A stretch of 52,081 nt of DNA from Chloroflexota bacterium (GTDB taxonomy: Bacteria > Chloroflexota > Anaerolineae > CG2-30-64-16). Where the stretch lies: assembly GCA_037445695.1 (NCBI GenBank), contig JBBIKA010000002.1:28211-80291 (forward strand). The letters are read 5' to 3'. Both the position numbers and the translations under genes were made by a program. Shown here piece after piece: positions 18,742 to 30,257 of this stretch (position 1 is the first letter of the stretch; each line of letters starts with the position of its first letter). Below the pieces are notes generated by a model, which saw only the letters and a list, made by a program, of their open reading frames with translations, had not been told where the DNA came from and did not search any database.

Positions 18742-18868
18742 GCGTGTTGTGCGACCAGGCCAATGCCCTCACCCCCTGACCGCCTCTCCCGCCTGCGAGA
18801 GAGGGGAAAATAGCTGAGGGGATTTTGGGGGCGGCGAAGCCGCCCGCAAAATCCCCATTTTGACTTCT
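18742..18868. repeat. GC-rich hairpin mosaic, inverted copy of 14756-14893
   Basis: The reverse complement aligns end to end with 14756-14893 at ~85% identity by eye. Confidence 0.9.
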
Positions 18869-18877
18869 CCCCGCCCC

Positions 18878-19366
18878 CTATCGGGATGCGAAGAAGGGGG
18901 AGGCCAATTCGAGCGCCATGTAGAGGTTGCCGTCACGACGGTCGTACTCGCGGAAGCCACAGCTCCGGTACAGTTGGATCGCGGGCTCCCAATCGTCATT
19001 CGTTTCCATCCAAAGCCGACACAATCCGCGCTCGCGGGCCGCGGCGATCAACTGCGCCACGAGCGCGCGGCCCAGGCCCCGGCGCCGATAGCCGCGCGCC
19101 ACCGATACCCGCACCAGGCGGCCGACTTGCGCGTCTTCGACGATCAGCGCGGCGGAGCCGATCACGGCATCGCCGGCTACGGCCACCAGGAACACGTGCC
19201 CCCGGGCGAGATAATGGGCCGCGATGTCATCCAGGTCGGGATTGCGCGTCTCGTCAATGGTCCCGAAATGTTCGCCCAGCCCTTCCAGGACCAATTGCCG
19301 GACGGCCATCTGATCGGCCGCCGCGAAGGGACGGATGAACCAGGGAACGTCGGACAGCGTGCTCAT
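18878..19366 (-). CDS. GNAT family N-acetyltransferase
   Basis: 162 aa starting at MSTLSDVPWFIRPF. Acetyl-CoA motif RGYRRRGLGRALV. ATGA start/stop overlap with the upstream GNAT gene. Confidence 0.85.
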   Translation of the reverse strand: MSTLSDVPWFIRPFAAADQMAVRQLVLEGLGEHFGTIDETRNPDLDDIAAHYLARGHVFLVAVAGDAVIGSAALIVEDAQVGRLVRVSVARGYRRRGLGRALVAQLIAAARERGLCRLWMETNDDWEPAIQLYRSCGFREYDRRDGNLYMALELASPFFASR

Positions 19367-19809
19367 GCTTCCGTGCGGGTGCGCTTGCTGACATACAGGA
19401 TATCGCGGTGGTAACTGTAACCCAACGCTTCGAAGAGGGCCAGCGACGCGGTATTGTGAGCCTCGATCAGCGCGGCCCACACTTCCAGCCCCAGATCCTG
19501 GGTGAACCATCGTTCGGCCTCGGCGATCAGTCGCCGCGCCAGCCCTCGCCGACGACAGGCCGGATCCACCGCCAGCCGATTGATCCATCCCTTGCGGCCG
19601 TCATGCGTGAGCACGGCTACTGCTACCAGCCGACCGTCCTCGCGGATGCCGATCACACGCTGGATGCCGGAAGCCATCTGGCGGGCAAATTCGGCCGGCG
19701 CGTCGCGGCCATCCGCGCGCACCGGCAGCCCGGCGCGGCGCCATAAGGCGCGTATCTCATCGTAATCGGCAACGCCCAGATCACATATGGAGACCTCTGT
19801 CGAAGCCAT
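19363..19809 (-). CDS. GNAT family N-acetyltransferase
   Basis: 148 aa. Acetyl-CoA motif ACRRRGLARRLI. AGGAGC RBS. Confidence 0.85.
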   Translation of the reverse strand: MASTEVSICDLGVADYDEIRALWRRAGLPVRADGRDAPAEFARQMASGIQRVIGIREDGRLVAVAVLTHDGRKGWINRLAVDPACRRRGLARRLIAEAERWFTQDLGLEVWAALIEAHNTASLALFEALGYSYHRDILYVSKRTRTEA

Positions 19810-20094
19810 TCCGAAACGCTCCTGGTTGCGAAAGTATGATAAACGTATAAAAAGCGTATGAAAAGTGTAGCCTCATGGTTGATTGTGCGTCCAGCAAAAT
19901 ATCGGCGCTGATATTAGAATAACGCACGAGAGACGCAAACAGAGTTCTCTCCTTCTCCTCCTTTTTAGAGCGCCGGGGTAAGGGCAGCCCCGGCGCTCGC
20001 GCGTCCGGCGACCGTCTATGATCCGTCCGCTTCGCAAGTCAGATCGAGTATAACGATACCCCGAGATATGGACAAATCGAGCTCCAGGCTCATC

Positions 20095-20129
20095 CACGTG
20101 CCAGGCACTTCGAAAGTGCCTGGCACGTG
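20095..20129. repeat. 35-bp perfect palindrome (family copy 1)
   Basis: cacgtgccaggcactt-cga-aagtgcctggcacgtg. The flanks ctcatc / gatgag extend the symmetry. The second copy is at 33233-33265. Confidence 0.9.
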
Positions 20130-20170
20130 AAGATGAGGGGAGGCCCGGCAATCCGCTCACGTGTCCGATG

Positions 20171-20256
20171 ACCCCCACCCCGGCCCCATCCCCTCAGAGG
20201 AGGCAGGGAGAAGGCGAAAAGGGGTTTGTGGGCAGCTTCGCCGCCCACAAAAATCC
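20171..20256. repeat. GC-rich hairpin mosaic module
   Basis: gggagaaggcgaaaaggggtttgtgggcagcttcgccgcccacaaaaatcc parallels 14761-14816 and the reverse complement of 18805-18868. Confidence 0.8.
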
Positions 20257-20399
20257 GCCCATGTGTCAGATTAACAAAACTTTTAGCCACTTCTCAGCGC
20301 CCTTTAAAGACAAAAGCCCTTCGCCCTGGTATACTTGGCAGCGATAGAAGTGTATCGAAAGATTCCGTATAAGCCTGCCATGAAAGGGTGGAGGGATAT

Positions 20400-22073
20400 A
20401 TGATCAAGAGTTTGCGTTATCTCGTGCTGTTCGTGGTGTTGATCGGCGCGCTGTCTCTGTCGGCGTGTTCTGCGGTCTTGCCGGGCGTTGCCTCGCTGGC
20501 CGAAAGATACGTGCTCGACCAGCGGGCGGTTGCCACGGCCAGCGCCGAAGCGGCGCGGCCGGCCGGGCAACTGCCGGCCGCCGCGGTGCAGGCCGGCGAC
20601 CTGGAGGGGCGGCTGCAAGAGATCTATAACTCGGCCAACCCGTCGGTGGTCAACATCCGGGTTATCGTGCGGGCCGGCGCTTCGTCGGGCGGCCAGGTCA
20701 TCCCCGGCGCTCCGGTAGCCCAAGGCGAGGGCTCGGGCTTCGTGTGGGATCGCCAGGGGCACATCGTGACCAATAACCACGTCGTGGCCGGCGCCACAAA
20801 GATCACGGTGACCTTCGCCGACGGCGCTGTCGTGCCCGCGACCGTTGTCGGAACCGACCCGGATAGCGACCTGGCCGTGATCAAGGTGGACCCCGCCGCG
20901 GTCAAGCTGCAGCCGGTCACCGTCGGCGACTCGACCCAGGTCAAGGTCGGCCAATTCGTGGTGGCGATCGGCAATCCGTTCGGCCTGGAAGGCTCGATGA
21001 CCTTCGGCATCGTGAGCGCGCTGGGCCGCACCCTGCCGGCCGGCGGCGAGAGCGCCATGGGCGGGTCAAGCGCGTCTTACACGATCCCCGACATCATCCA
21101 GACCGACGCGCCTGTGAACCCGGGCAACTCCGGCGGCGTGCTGCTCGATCTCAACGGCAACCTGATCGGCGTGCCGTCGGCCATCGAGTCGCCGGTGCCG
21201 GCTTCGTCGGGCGTCGGCTTTGCGATCCCGTCGGCCATCGTGAAGCGGGTCGTGCCCGAGCTGATCCAAAACGGCAAGGCCGAGCATCCGTGGATCGGCA
21301 TCAGCGGCACCACCCTCTCTGCGGAGGTGGCGCAGGAGATGGGCCTCTCGCAGACCCAGCGTGGGGCGCTGGTCATTGATGTGGTCAAGAACAGCCCGGC
21401 CGACAAAGCCGGCCTGATCGGCAGCACCCGCCAGGCCACCATCGAAGGGGTCCAGATCCGGGTAGGCGGCGATGTCATCACGGCCATCGAGGATCAGCCG
21501 GTCAAGCGCTTCGAGGACCTGGTCACCTACCTGGCGCGCTACGGCAAGGTCGGGCAAACGGTCCGGCTGACGATCCTGCGCGAGGGCAAGGAAACCACCG
21601 TATTGTTGACCCTGGCCGCCCGGCCGACCGCTCAGCAGGCCGAGGTGCAAGCACGCGGCGGCCAGAACGATCAAAGCCGGCCTCAGCCGCCCGCGCCGCG
21701 CGAGAATGCGCCGCAGGCCGGCCCGGGCGCCTGGCTGGGGGTTGCCGGCATTGATCTGACGCCGGAGCTGGCCAAAGCCATGAACCTGAACGCGCAGCAG
21801 ACCGGCGCGCTGATCCAGGAGGTGGTGGCGAACAGTCCGGCCGCGAAAGCCGGCCTGCGGGCCGGAACGCAAGATTACCGGCTCGGCGGCCGCAACATCA
21901 AGATCGGCGGCGATGTCATCATCGGTGCCGACGGCCAGGATGTGACGACCATGCAGGAGCTGGCCCAGATCGTGCGGGGGAAGCAGCCCGGCGATCGCCT
22001 CGAACTGGTTGTCCTGCGGGACGGCCAGAAGATCAAGGTGACGGCCGAACTGGCGGCCCGGCCGACGAACTGA
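20400..22073 (+). CDS. htrA: HtrA/DegP-family serine protease with two PDZ domains
   Basis: ATG at 20400 follows GGAGGG. Signal/TM segment, then the catalytic motifs TNNHVV, DLAVIKV and GNSGGVL. Two PDZ-like regions are separated by a Q/P-rich linker. Confidence 0.9.
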   Translation: MIKSLRYLVLFVVLIGALSLSACSAVLPGVASLAERYVLDQRAVATASAEAARPAGQLPAAAVQAGDLEGRLQEIYNSANPSVVNIRVIVRAGASSGGQVIPGAPVAQGEGSGFVWDRQGHIVTNNHVVAGATKITVTFADGAVVPATVVGTDPDSDLAVIKVDPAAVKLQPVTVGDSTQVKVGQFVVAIGNPFGLEGSMTFGIVSALGRTLPAGGESAMGGSSASYTIPDIIQTDAPVNPGNSGGVLLDLNGNLIGVPSAIESPVPASSGVGFAIPSAIVKRVVPELIQNGKAEHPWIGISGTTLSAEVAQEMGLSQTQRGALVIDVVKNSPADKAGLIGSTRQATIEGVQIRVGGDVITAIEDQPVKRFEDLVTYLARYGKVGQTVRLTILREGKETTVLLTLAARPTAQQAEVQARGGQNDQSRPQPPAPRENAPQAGPGAWLGVAGIDLTPELAKAMNLNAQQTGALIQEVVANSPAAKAGLRAGTQDYRLGGRNIKIGGDVIIGADGQDVTTMQELAQIVRGKQPGDRLELVVLRDGQKIKVTAELAARPTN

Positions 22074-22204
22074 TCCGCCGGTCGCCGCAGACGTACCGGC
22101 GGTGGCCGCGCGATCATGCACGCCCACCGCCGGCATCGGCGTCGCTCCGCCGCTTTCCGCGCGTGTTCCTCATCTACCCTCGATATTCGTCGAAAACGTA
22201 AACT

Positions 22205-22233
22205 TTGCATTCCTTTGTGTCCTGTGCTACAAT
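22205..22233 (+). promoter_or_regulatory. Sigma-70-type promoter of the nuo operon
   Basis: TTGCAT (22205-22210), 17-nt spacer, TACAAT (22228-22233). This gives a ~110-nt 5' UTR before nuoA. Confidence 0.55.
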
Positions 22234-22347
22234 TCGCCCGTTTCTTAGCATGGGCAGACTGCGACAGATTGGCCCGCCCCTGTGCGAATCGTGCTCGTTT
22301 GAAGTGCCATTGGCGAAGACAATCCTGCGCCCAAAGGAGGGAAAACG

Positions 22348-22704
22348 GTGCAATCGCAGTATCTTTTTGTTGCCATCTTCTTTTTGATTGCCCTTGCAGT
22401 TCCTGTGATCGGCCTGGCTGTGGCCTGGGCTTTACGCCCCAAAAAGCCTAACCCCATCAAGAATGCCACTTATGAATGCGGCCTGGAAACCATCGGCGAG
22501 ACCTGGGTCCAGTTTAAGGCCCAATACTATCTGTATGCTTTGGTCTTCGTCGTTTTCGATGTCGAGGCCGCTTTCATTTTCCCCTGGGCGGTGGCGTATC
22601 ACAAGCTCGGCCTCTATGCGCTGGTCGAGATGGTGCTCTTCGTCCTGATCTTGCTCGGCGGGTTGCTCTACGCCTGGCGTAAGGGCGCGCTGGAGTGGCG
22701 ATAA
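22348..22704 (+). CDS. nuoA: NADH-quinone oxidoreductase subunit A
   Basis: 118 aa. YECG...FDVE..F.FPWA signature. GTG start follows GGAGGG. Confidence 0.9.
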   Translation: MQSQYLFVAIFFLIALAVPVIGLAVAWALRPKKPNPIKNATYECGLETIGETWVQFKAQYYLYALVFVVFDVEAAFIFPWAVAYHKLGLYALVEMVLFVLILLGGLLYAWRKGALEWR

Positions 22705-22705
22705 C

Positions 22706-23872
22706 ATGGAATACATCAGCAACCTTTTCGTGAACCTCGGCAACTCCTGGACCTCCTGGCTCAGCTCCTTTCTGCCCTCGTGGGCGGTGACCCTCGTCAA
22801 CTATCTGATCGTGGCGGTCCTGCTCGTCCTGATGCCGGTGATCGCCACCCTGACCCTCACGGTCATGGAGCGCAAGGTGATCGCCCGCATCCAGAACCGG
22901 ATCGGGCCGAACCGGGTCGGACCGTGGGGCATCTTTCAGGCCATCCCCGATGCCATCAAGCTGCTCACCAAGGAAGATATCGTCCCGGAGCGGGCGGACA
23001 AGCCGGTCTTCAACCTGGCGCCCTTGCTGATCTTCGTTGGCGCGGCGCTGCTTTGGGCGGTGATCCCGTTTGGCCGCGGGGTGATCGGCCAGGATCTCAA
23101 CGTCGGCGTGCTCTACCTGGTGGCGGTCGGTTCGATTTCCACCATCGCCATCATCATGGCCGGCTGGTCGTCCAACAACAAGTTCGCGCTGGTCGGCGCC
23201 TTTCGGATCGTGGCGCAGCTGCTCAGTTACGAGGTGCCGATGGTGCTGGCGATGACCGCGGTGGTGGTGCTGGTCGGCACCATGAAGATGGGCGCGATCG
23301 TCGAACTCCAGACGATACCTTTCGGCCTGGTCTTGCCGGTCGCGTTCATCACCTACATTCTGGCCGCGGCGGCCGAGACCGGCCGGGCGCCCTTCGACCT
23401 GGTCGAGGCGGATTCCGAGATCGTGGCCGGCTACTTCATTGAGTATAGCGGCCTGAAGTTCGGCTGGTTCTACATTGCCGAATACGGCAATCTGCTGGCC
23501 GTCTCGGCGATCGCCACCACCCTGTTTCTCGGCGGCTGGCGTGGGCCGTTTGCCGATCAGTGGCCGGTGTTGGGGCCGCTCTATTTCAGCATCAAGACCA
23601 TCCTGATCGTCTTTCTGCTCATGTGGATCCGCGGCACCTGGCCCCGCTTCCGCATTGACCAGATGCTGGCGCTCGCCTGGAAGGTGCTGGTGCCGCTGGG
23701 GCTGTTCAATCTGCTGTGGGTGGCCGCAGTGGTCAAGCTGCCGGTCGCCGTCGGGCTGCAATGGCTGCTCGTCCTGGCCGGCAACATCGTCGCGCTCATG
23801 GTGACTCTGACGCTGATGGGCCAGGCCGCGAAGCGTTACGCGGCCGCTCGCGGGGTTACCTCGGCCGCATGA
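22706..23872 (+). CDS. nuoH: NADH-quinone oxidoreductase subunit H
   Basis: 388 aa. ERKVIARIQNRIGPNRVGPWG, AETGRAPFDL and EAD/E..AGY..EYSG motifs. It starts 2 nt after the nuoA stop. Confidence 0.92.
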   Translation: MEYISNLFVNLGNSWTSWLSSFLPSWAVTLVNYLIVAVLLVLMPVIATLTLTVMERKVIARIQNRIGPNRVGPWGIFQAIPDAIKLLTKEDIVPERADKPVFNLAPLLIFVGAALLWAVIPFGRGVIGQDLNVGVLYLVAVGSISTIAIIMAGWSSNNKFALVGAFRIVAQLLSYEVPMVLAMTAVVVLVGTMKMGAIVELQTIPFGLVLPVAFITYILAAAAETGRAPFDLVEADSEIVAGYFIEYSGLKFGWFYIAEYGNLLAVSAIATTLFLGGWRGPFADQWPVLGPLYFSIKTILIVFLLMWIRGTWPRFRIDQMLALAWKVLVPLGLFNLLWVAAVVKLPVAVGLQWLLVLAGNIVALMVTLTLMGQAAKRYAAARGVTSAA

Positions 23873-23901
23873 GGATTATCCGATAGCAAGGGATCTCTGT
23901 C

Positions 23902-24390
23902 ATGGAGCAGATCTTCTTCATCCTTTTGGCCCTGTTGACCCTCGGCGCGGCCTGGATGGTTGTCACGACCCGCAATTTGTTGCGCGCCGCGCTGTGGCTG
24001 ATCGCTGCTTTCTTCGGCATCGCCGGCATCTTCATCCTGTTGCAGGCCGAGTTCCTGGCGGTCGTCCAGGTGCTGATCTACATCGGTGCGATCTCGATCC
24101 TCATCATCTTCGCGATCATGCTGACGCGGCGGCTCATGGATCCCCAACAGCCGCGCTTCAACAGCCAGTGGGGGCTGGTCGGCGGGTTCGCGGCCCTGCT
24201 CTTCGTGGGCCTGGCCGCGGTGGTGACGCGCGTGGCCTGGCCCGTGGCCGCCGCCGCGCCGGTCGCCGACCCGATCGGCCGGCTCGGCGCGGATTTCGTC
24301 GGCCCGTACACGGTGCCGTTTGAGGTGGCGTCGGTCCTGCTGGTGGTGGCGCTGATCGGCGCGATCATCATTGCTCGGGAACGGGAGTAA
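23902..24390 (+). CDS. nuoJ: NADH-quinone oxidoreductase subunit J
   Basis: 162 aa. LAVVQVLIYIGAISILIIFAIML is typical of NuoJ. Confidence 0.88.
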   Translation: MEQIFFILLALLTLGAAWMVVTTRNLLRAALWLIAAFFGIAGIFILLQAEFLAVVQVLIYIGAISILIIFAIMLTRRLMDPQQPRFNSQWGLVGGFAALLFVGLAAVVTRVAWPVAAAAPVADPIGRLGADFVGPYTVPFEVASVLLVVALIGAIIIARERE

Positions 24391-24395
24391 CGCTC

Positions 24396-24704
24396 ATGGT
24401 CCCTCTCACCTGGTACCTGATTCTGGCGGCCGCGCTGTTTTGCACCGGTCTCTTCGGCGTGCTGGCGCGCAAGAACGCGGTCGCCGTGTTGATGGGCGTC
24501 GAGCTGATGTTGAACGCCGTCAACATCAACCTGCTCGCCTTTTGGCGCTACACGGCCCCCGGCGAGCTGATCGGCCAGGCGTTTGCCGTCTTCGTGATCA
24601 CGGTGGCGGCCGCCGAAGCGGCCGTCGGCATCGCGCTCTTCATCGCCATCTATCGCCTGCGCGATACCGTCAACGTCGAAGAGATAGACGCCATGAAGGG
24701 CTGA
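24396..24704 (+). CDS. nuoK: NADH-quinone oxidoreductase subunit K
   Basis: 102 aa. GVELMLNAVNINL and AAAEAAVG motifs. Confidence 0.9.
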   Translation: MVPLTWYLILAAALFCTGLFGVLARKNAVAVLMGVELMLNAVNINLLAFWRYTAPGELIGQAFAVFVITVAAAEAAVGIALFIAIYRLRDTVNVEEIDAMKG

Positions 24705-24748
24705 GCCAACCGATTGGCCGATTTTTTTTGCCTTGCACCGAGGCTGCT

Positions 24749-27043
<2,295 letters not shown>

Positions 27044-27105
27044 GGATGGCCCTCGCCCCGGCAAGCTTGATCTAATCACAATCCGAATTCTTCGGAGGTT
27101 CTTTG

Positions 27106-28686
27106 ATGACCAACTCGCTTCTGACCGTCATTACCTTTGCGCCTCTCCTCGGGGCCATTCTCACGCTTTTGCCCTGGGGCCGCTGGTTGAACATGGACAG
27201 GGAACGCGAGGAGCGCCTGATTAAGAACGGCGCCATCGCCATCAGCCTGTTGCCGCTGGGCCTGGCGATCGGGATGGCCGCCGGCTATCGGCCGGCAGGA
27301 AGCGGCTTTCAGTTCGAGATCAACGTGCCCTGGATCGCGCCGCTCCACGTGAACTACCATCTCGGCGTGGACGGCTTGAGCCTTCCGCTCGTCTTCCTGA
27401 CCACCCTGTTGACCACCCTGGGCCTCTGGTATTCGGCGCGGGTGATCAAGACGCGGGTGCGGGAGTTCTTCTTCCTGTTCCTGCTCCTGGAAACGGGCAT
27501 GATCGGCGTCTTCGTCTCGCTCGATCTGGTGCTTTTCTATGTCTTCTGGGAGCTGGGCCTGGTGCCGATGTACCTGCTCATCGGCGTATGGGGCCAGCCG
27601 AAGGACCGGCCGCAGTATTCGGCCATTAAGTTCTTCCTCTACACCATGGCCGGCTCGGTGTTGATGTTGTTGGCCATCATCGGGATTTATCTCTCGGTCG
27701 GCACCTTCGACATGGTCGAGGCCGCGCGACTCAAGCCTTTCGCCGACAACTTCCTGGCGGCCAGCCTGGCGTTCTGGGCGTTTTTCATCGCCTTCGCGAT
27801 CAAGGTGCCGAGTTGGCCCTTCCACACCTGGTTGCCCGACGCCCACACCGCGGCGCCGACTGCCGGCTCGGTCATCCTGGCCGGCATCCTGCTGAAGCTG
27901 GGCGCCTATGGCATCCTGCGCATCAATCTGCCGATCTTCCCCCAGGCGTTCAAGGCCTACGGCCTGGTCGTGGTGATCCTGGGCGTGATCTCCATCGTCT
28001 ACGGCGCGCTGGTGTCGCTGGCGCAATGGGACCTGAAGCGGCTGATCGCCTATTCGTCGGTGAGCCACATGGGCTATGTGCTGTTGGGCGCCGGCGCGGC
28101 CGGGCTGGCGGTCGGCTCGCAGGAGCTGCTCGATTCCGGCGCCATGGCCCTCAACGGCGCGGCGCTCCAGATGTTCAACCACGGCATCAGCACGGGCGCG
28201 TTGTTCTTCCTGGTCGGTGTGATCTATGAGCGGGCGCACCTGCGCGATCTGAAGATGTTCGGCGGGCTGAGCAGCAAGCTGCCCTACTACTACGGCCTCT
28301 TCGCGGTGACCGCGCTCACCTCGCTGGGCTTGCCCGGCCTGGCCGGCTTCTGGGGCGAGTTCTTCGTCTTCCGGGGCGCGTTCGATATCGTGCGCGTCTG
28401 GGCCGCCATCGGCGTCATCGGCATCGTGCTCACCGCGGCCTATATCTTGTGGAAGATCATCCAGTATGTGTTCCTGGGGCAATATGATCCGCACAAGATC
28501 GAACACTGGACCGACCTCGCGACCGGCGCCGACGGCCATGAGCCGACCGACGTGGCGCTTTTTGAGAAGGTCACCCTCTGGCCGCTGGTCTTCTTCATGG
28601 TGTTGATCGGCATCTTCCCTGCGGTGCTGTTGAACTTCTTCAACGGTACTTTCGTGAACCTGTTGACCGGCCTTGCCGGAAAATGA
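27106..28686 (+). CDS. nuoM: NADH-quinone oxidoreductase subunit M
   Basis: ATG at 27106 follows GGAGG. FYVFWELGLVPMYLLIGVWG and PFHTWLPDAHTAAPTAGSVILAGILLKLG motifs. Confidence 0.92.
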   Translation: MTNSLLTVITFAPLLGAILTLLPWGRWLNMDREREERLIKNGAIAISLLPLGLAIGMAAGYRPAGSGFQFEINVPWIAPLHVNYHLGVDGLSLPLVFLTTLLTTLGLWYSARVIKTRVREFFFLFLLLETGMIGVFVSLDLVLFYVFWELGLVPMYLLIGVWGQPKDRPQYSAIKFFLYTMAGSVLMLLAIIGIYLSVGTFDMVEAARLKPFADNFLAASLAFWAFFIAFAIKVPSWPFHTWLPDAHTAAPTAGSVILAGILLKLGAYGILRINLPIFPQAFKAYGLVVVILGVISIVYGALVSLAQWDLKRLIAYSSVSHMGYVLLGAGAAGLAVGSQELLDSGAMALNGAALQMFNHGISTGALFFLVGVIYERAHLRDLKMFGGLSSKLPYYYGLFAVTALTSLGLPGLAGFWGEFFVFRGAFDIVRVWAAIGVIGIVLTAAYILWKIIQYVFLGQYDPHKIEHWTDLATGADGHEPTDVALFEKVTLWPLVFFMVLIGIFPAVLLNFFNGTFVNLLTGLAGK

Positions 28687-28731
28687 AGTGACAGGATTCC
28701 GTTTTTGGCTTTCAGCCGGGGAGGCGATCTC

Positions 28732-30231
28732 TTGAGCCTGCACGATCTGATCTTTCTTCTGCCCGAACTGATCCTGTTGCTTGCCGCGGCCGTCCTGTTC
28801 ATCCTCGACATCCTCGGCCGACGGCCGCGCGATCCGGTGACGCTTGAGCGGCGGCCCAAGCCGTGGTTGCCCTATGTGGCGCTCGGCGGATTGGGACTGG
28901 CGCTGGTGAGCCTGTTGCCGGCCGCCGGGCAAAAGGCCCAGGCGGCGACGATGCTGGCGGCCGATCCGTTCGCGCTCTTCTTCAAGGCGTTGGCCATCAT
29001 CGGCGTGGCGTTCGTGATCCTGGCCGCCATCCCGTTCATGCGCACGCGCACGCCCTACCGTGGGGAGTTCTACGCGTTGCTCCTGGTGGCGACCGTGGCC
29101 ATCTGCCTGGCGGTCGGCGCGACCAACTTCGTGATGCTCTATCTGGCCATGGAATTTCTGAGCATCACCAGCTACATTCTGGCCGGCTTCTTCCGCGAGG
29201 ATCGCAAGTCGGGCGAGGCCGCGATCAAATACTTCCTGTACGGCGCCACCGCATCGGCGGTGATGCTCTACGGCATGTCGCTCCTGTACGGCGCGACCGG
29301 CACGACCGATTTCGCGGCCACGGCCGCGGCGCTCGGCCGGCTGGGCAGCTCCGACCGGATCTGGCTGGGCGTGCCTGCGCTGTTGCTGTTGCTGGTCGGC
29401 TTCGGCTTCAAGGCCAGCCTGGTGCCGTTTCACCAGTGGGCGCCCGACACCTACGAAGGCGCGCCGACGCCGGTGACGGCCTTCCTCTCGACGGCCTCGA
29501 AGGCCACGGGCTTCGCGATCCTGATGCGGGTGCTCCTCGTGGTGTTGGGCCTGTTCCAGCCGCAATGGACGACGTTGTTGGCGGCTATCTCCATCTTGAC
29601 GATGACCCTGGGCAACCTGACGGCCATTCGCCAGAGCAACATCAAGCGCATGTTGGCCTATTCGTCCATCGCCCAGGCGGGCTATATCCTGATCGGCGTC
29701 GCCGCGGCCGCCACGGCCGACGCCGCGGCCGGATCGCCCTTTGCCGGCCTCAACGGCGTCTTAATCTATCTGTTTGCCTATCTGGTGACCAATATCGGCG
29801 CGTTCGCGGCCGTGATCGTCGTCGAAAACCGGTCGGGCAAGGCGGAGATCAAGGATTACGCGGGGATGGTGCACCGCGCGCCGTGGCTGGCGGTGGTGCT
29901 CTTCGTCTTCCTTTTGTCGCTGGCGGGCATCCCGCCGACGGCCGGCTTCGTCGGCAAGCTGTTCGTCTTCGGCGCGGCCGTGCGCGGCGACATGATCCCG
30001 CTGGCCGTCATCGGCGCGCTCAACGCGGTGGTATCCGCGTTCTACTACTTGAACGTCGTGCGGGTGATGTTCTTCGTGCCGGCCGAGGCCGACGCCGAGC
30101 CGATCGCCGCCGCCTGGCCCTTGCAGGCGGCCGTGCTGGCCACCGCCGCGCTGACGTTGCTGATCGGCCTGGCGCCCGAACTGCTCATCCGGTGGGCGTC
30201 GCAATCGGTGCAACTGCTGGCCTGGCGATAG
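28732..30231 (+). CDS. nuoN: NADH-quinone oxidoreductase subunit N
   Basis: FHQWAPDTYEGAPTPVTAFL motif. Start taken at TTG 28732 after a GGGGAGG RBS. The tracked ORF start at 28705 is an in-frame alternative. Confidence 0.88.
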   Translation: MSLHDLIFLLPELILLLAAAVLFILDILGRRPRDPVTLERRPKPWLPYVALGGLGLALVSLLPAAGQKAQAATMLAADPFALFFKALAIIGVAFVILAAIPFMRTRTPYRGEFYALLLVATVAICLAVGATNFVMLYLAMEFLSITSYILAGFFREDRKSGEAAIKYFLYGATASAVMLYGMSLLYGATGTTDFAATAAALGRLGSSDRIWLGVPALLLLLVGFGFKASLVPFHQWAPDTYEGAPTPVTAFLSTASKATGFAILMRVLLVVLGLFQPQWTTLLAAISILTMTLGNLTAIRQSNIKRMLAYSSIAQAGYILIGVAAAATADAAAGSPFAGLNGVLIYLFAYLVTNIGAFAAVIVVENRSGKAEIKDYAGMVHRAPWLAVVLFVFLLSLAGIPPTAGFVGKLFVFGAAVRGDMIPLAVIGALNAVVSAFYYLNVVRVMFFVPAEADAEPIAAAWPLQAAVLATAALTLLIGLAPELLIRWASQSVQLLAWR

Positions 30232-30257
30232 CGCCGCCGCGGATTTAAGAGGAAACT

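Noticed and set aside
18878-19809. Tandem overlapping GNAT genes considered as a GNAT-toxin/antitoxin module.
   Set aside because: Both products are ordinary-sized GNATs. No small RHH, HTH or DUF1778-type antitoxin ORF is adjacent, and the overlap is simply operonic coupling.
22116-22451. 111-aa ORF upstream of and overlapping nuoA.
   Set aside because: It spans the predicted nuo promoter and 5' UTR, runs into nuoA out of frame, and has no RBS and non-coding-like composition.
24705-24729. Weak hairpin (gccaa-ccga-ttggc) plus T8 between nuoK and nuoL, considered as an operon-internal terminator.
   Set aside because: A 5-bp stem is too weak to call, and nuoL needs to be co-expressed. It is mentioned only inside the nuo finding.
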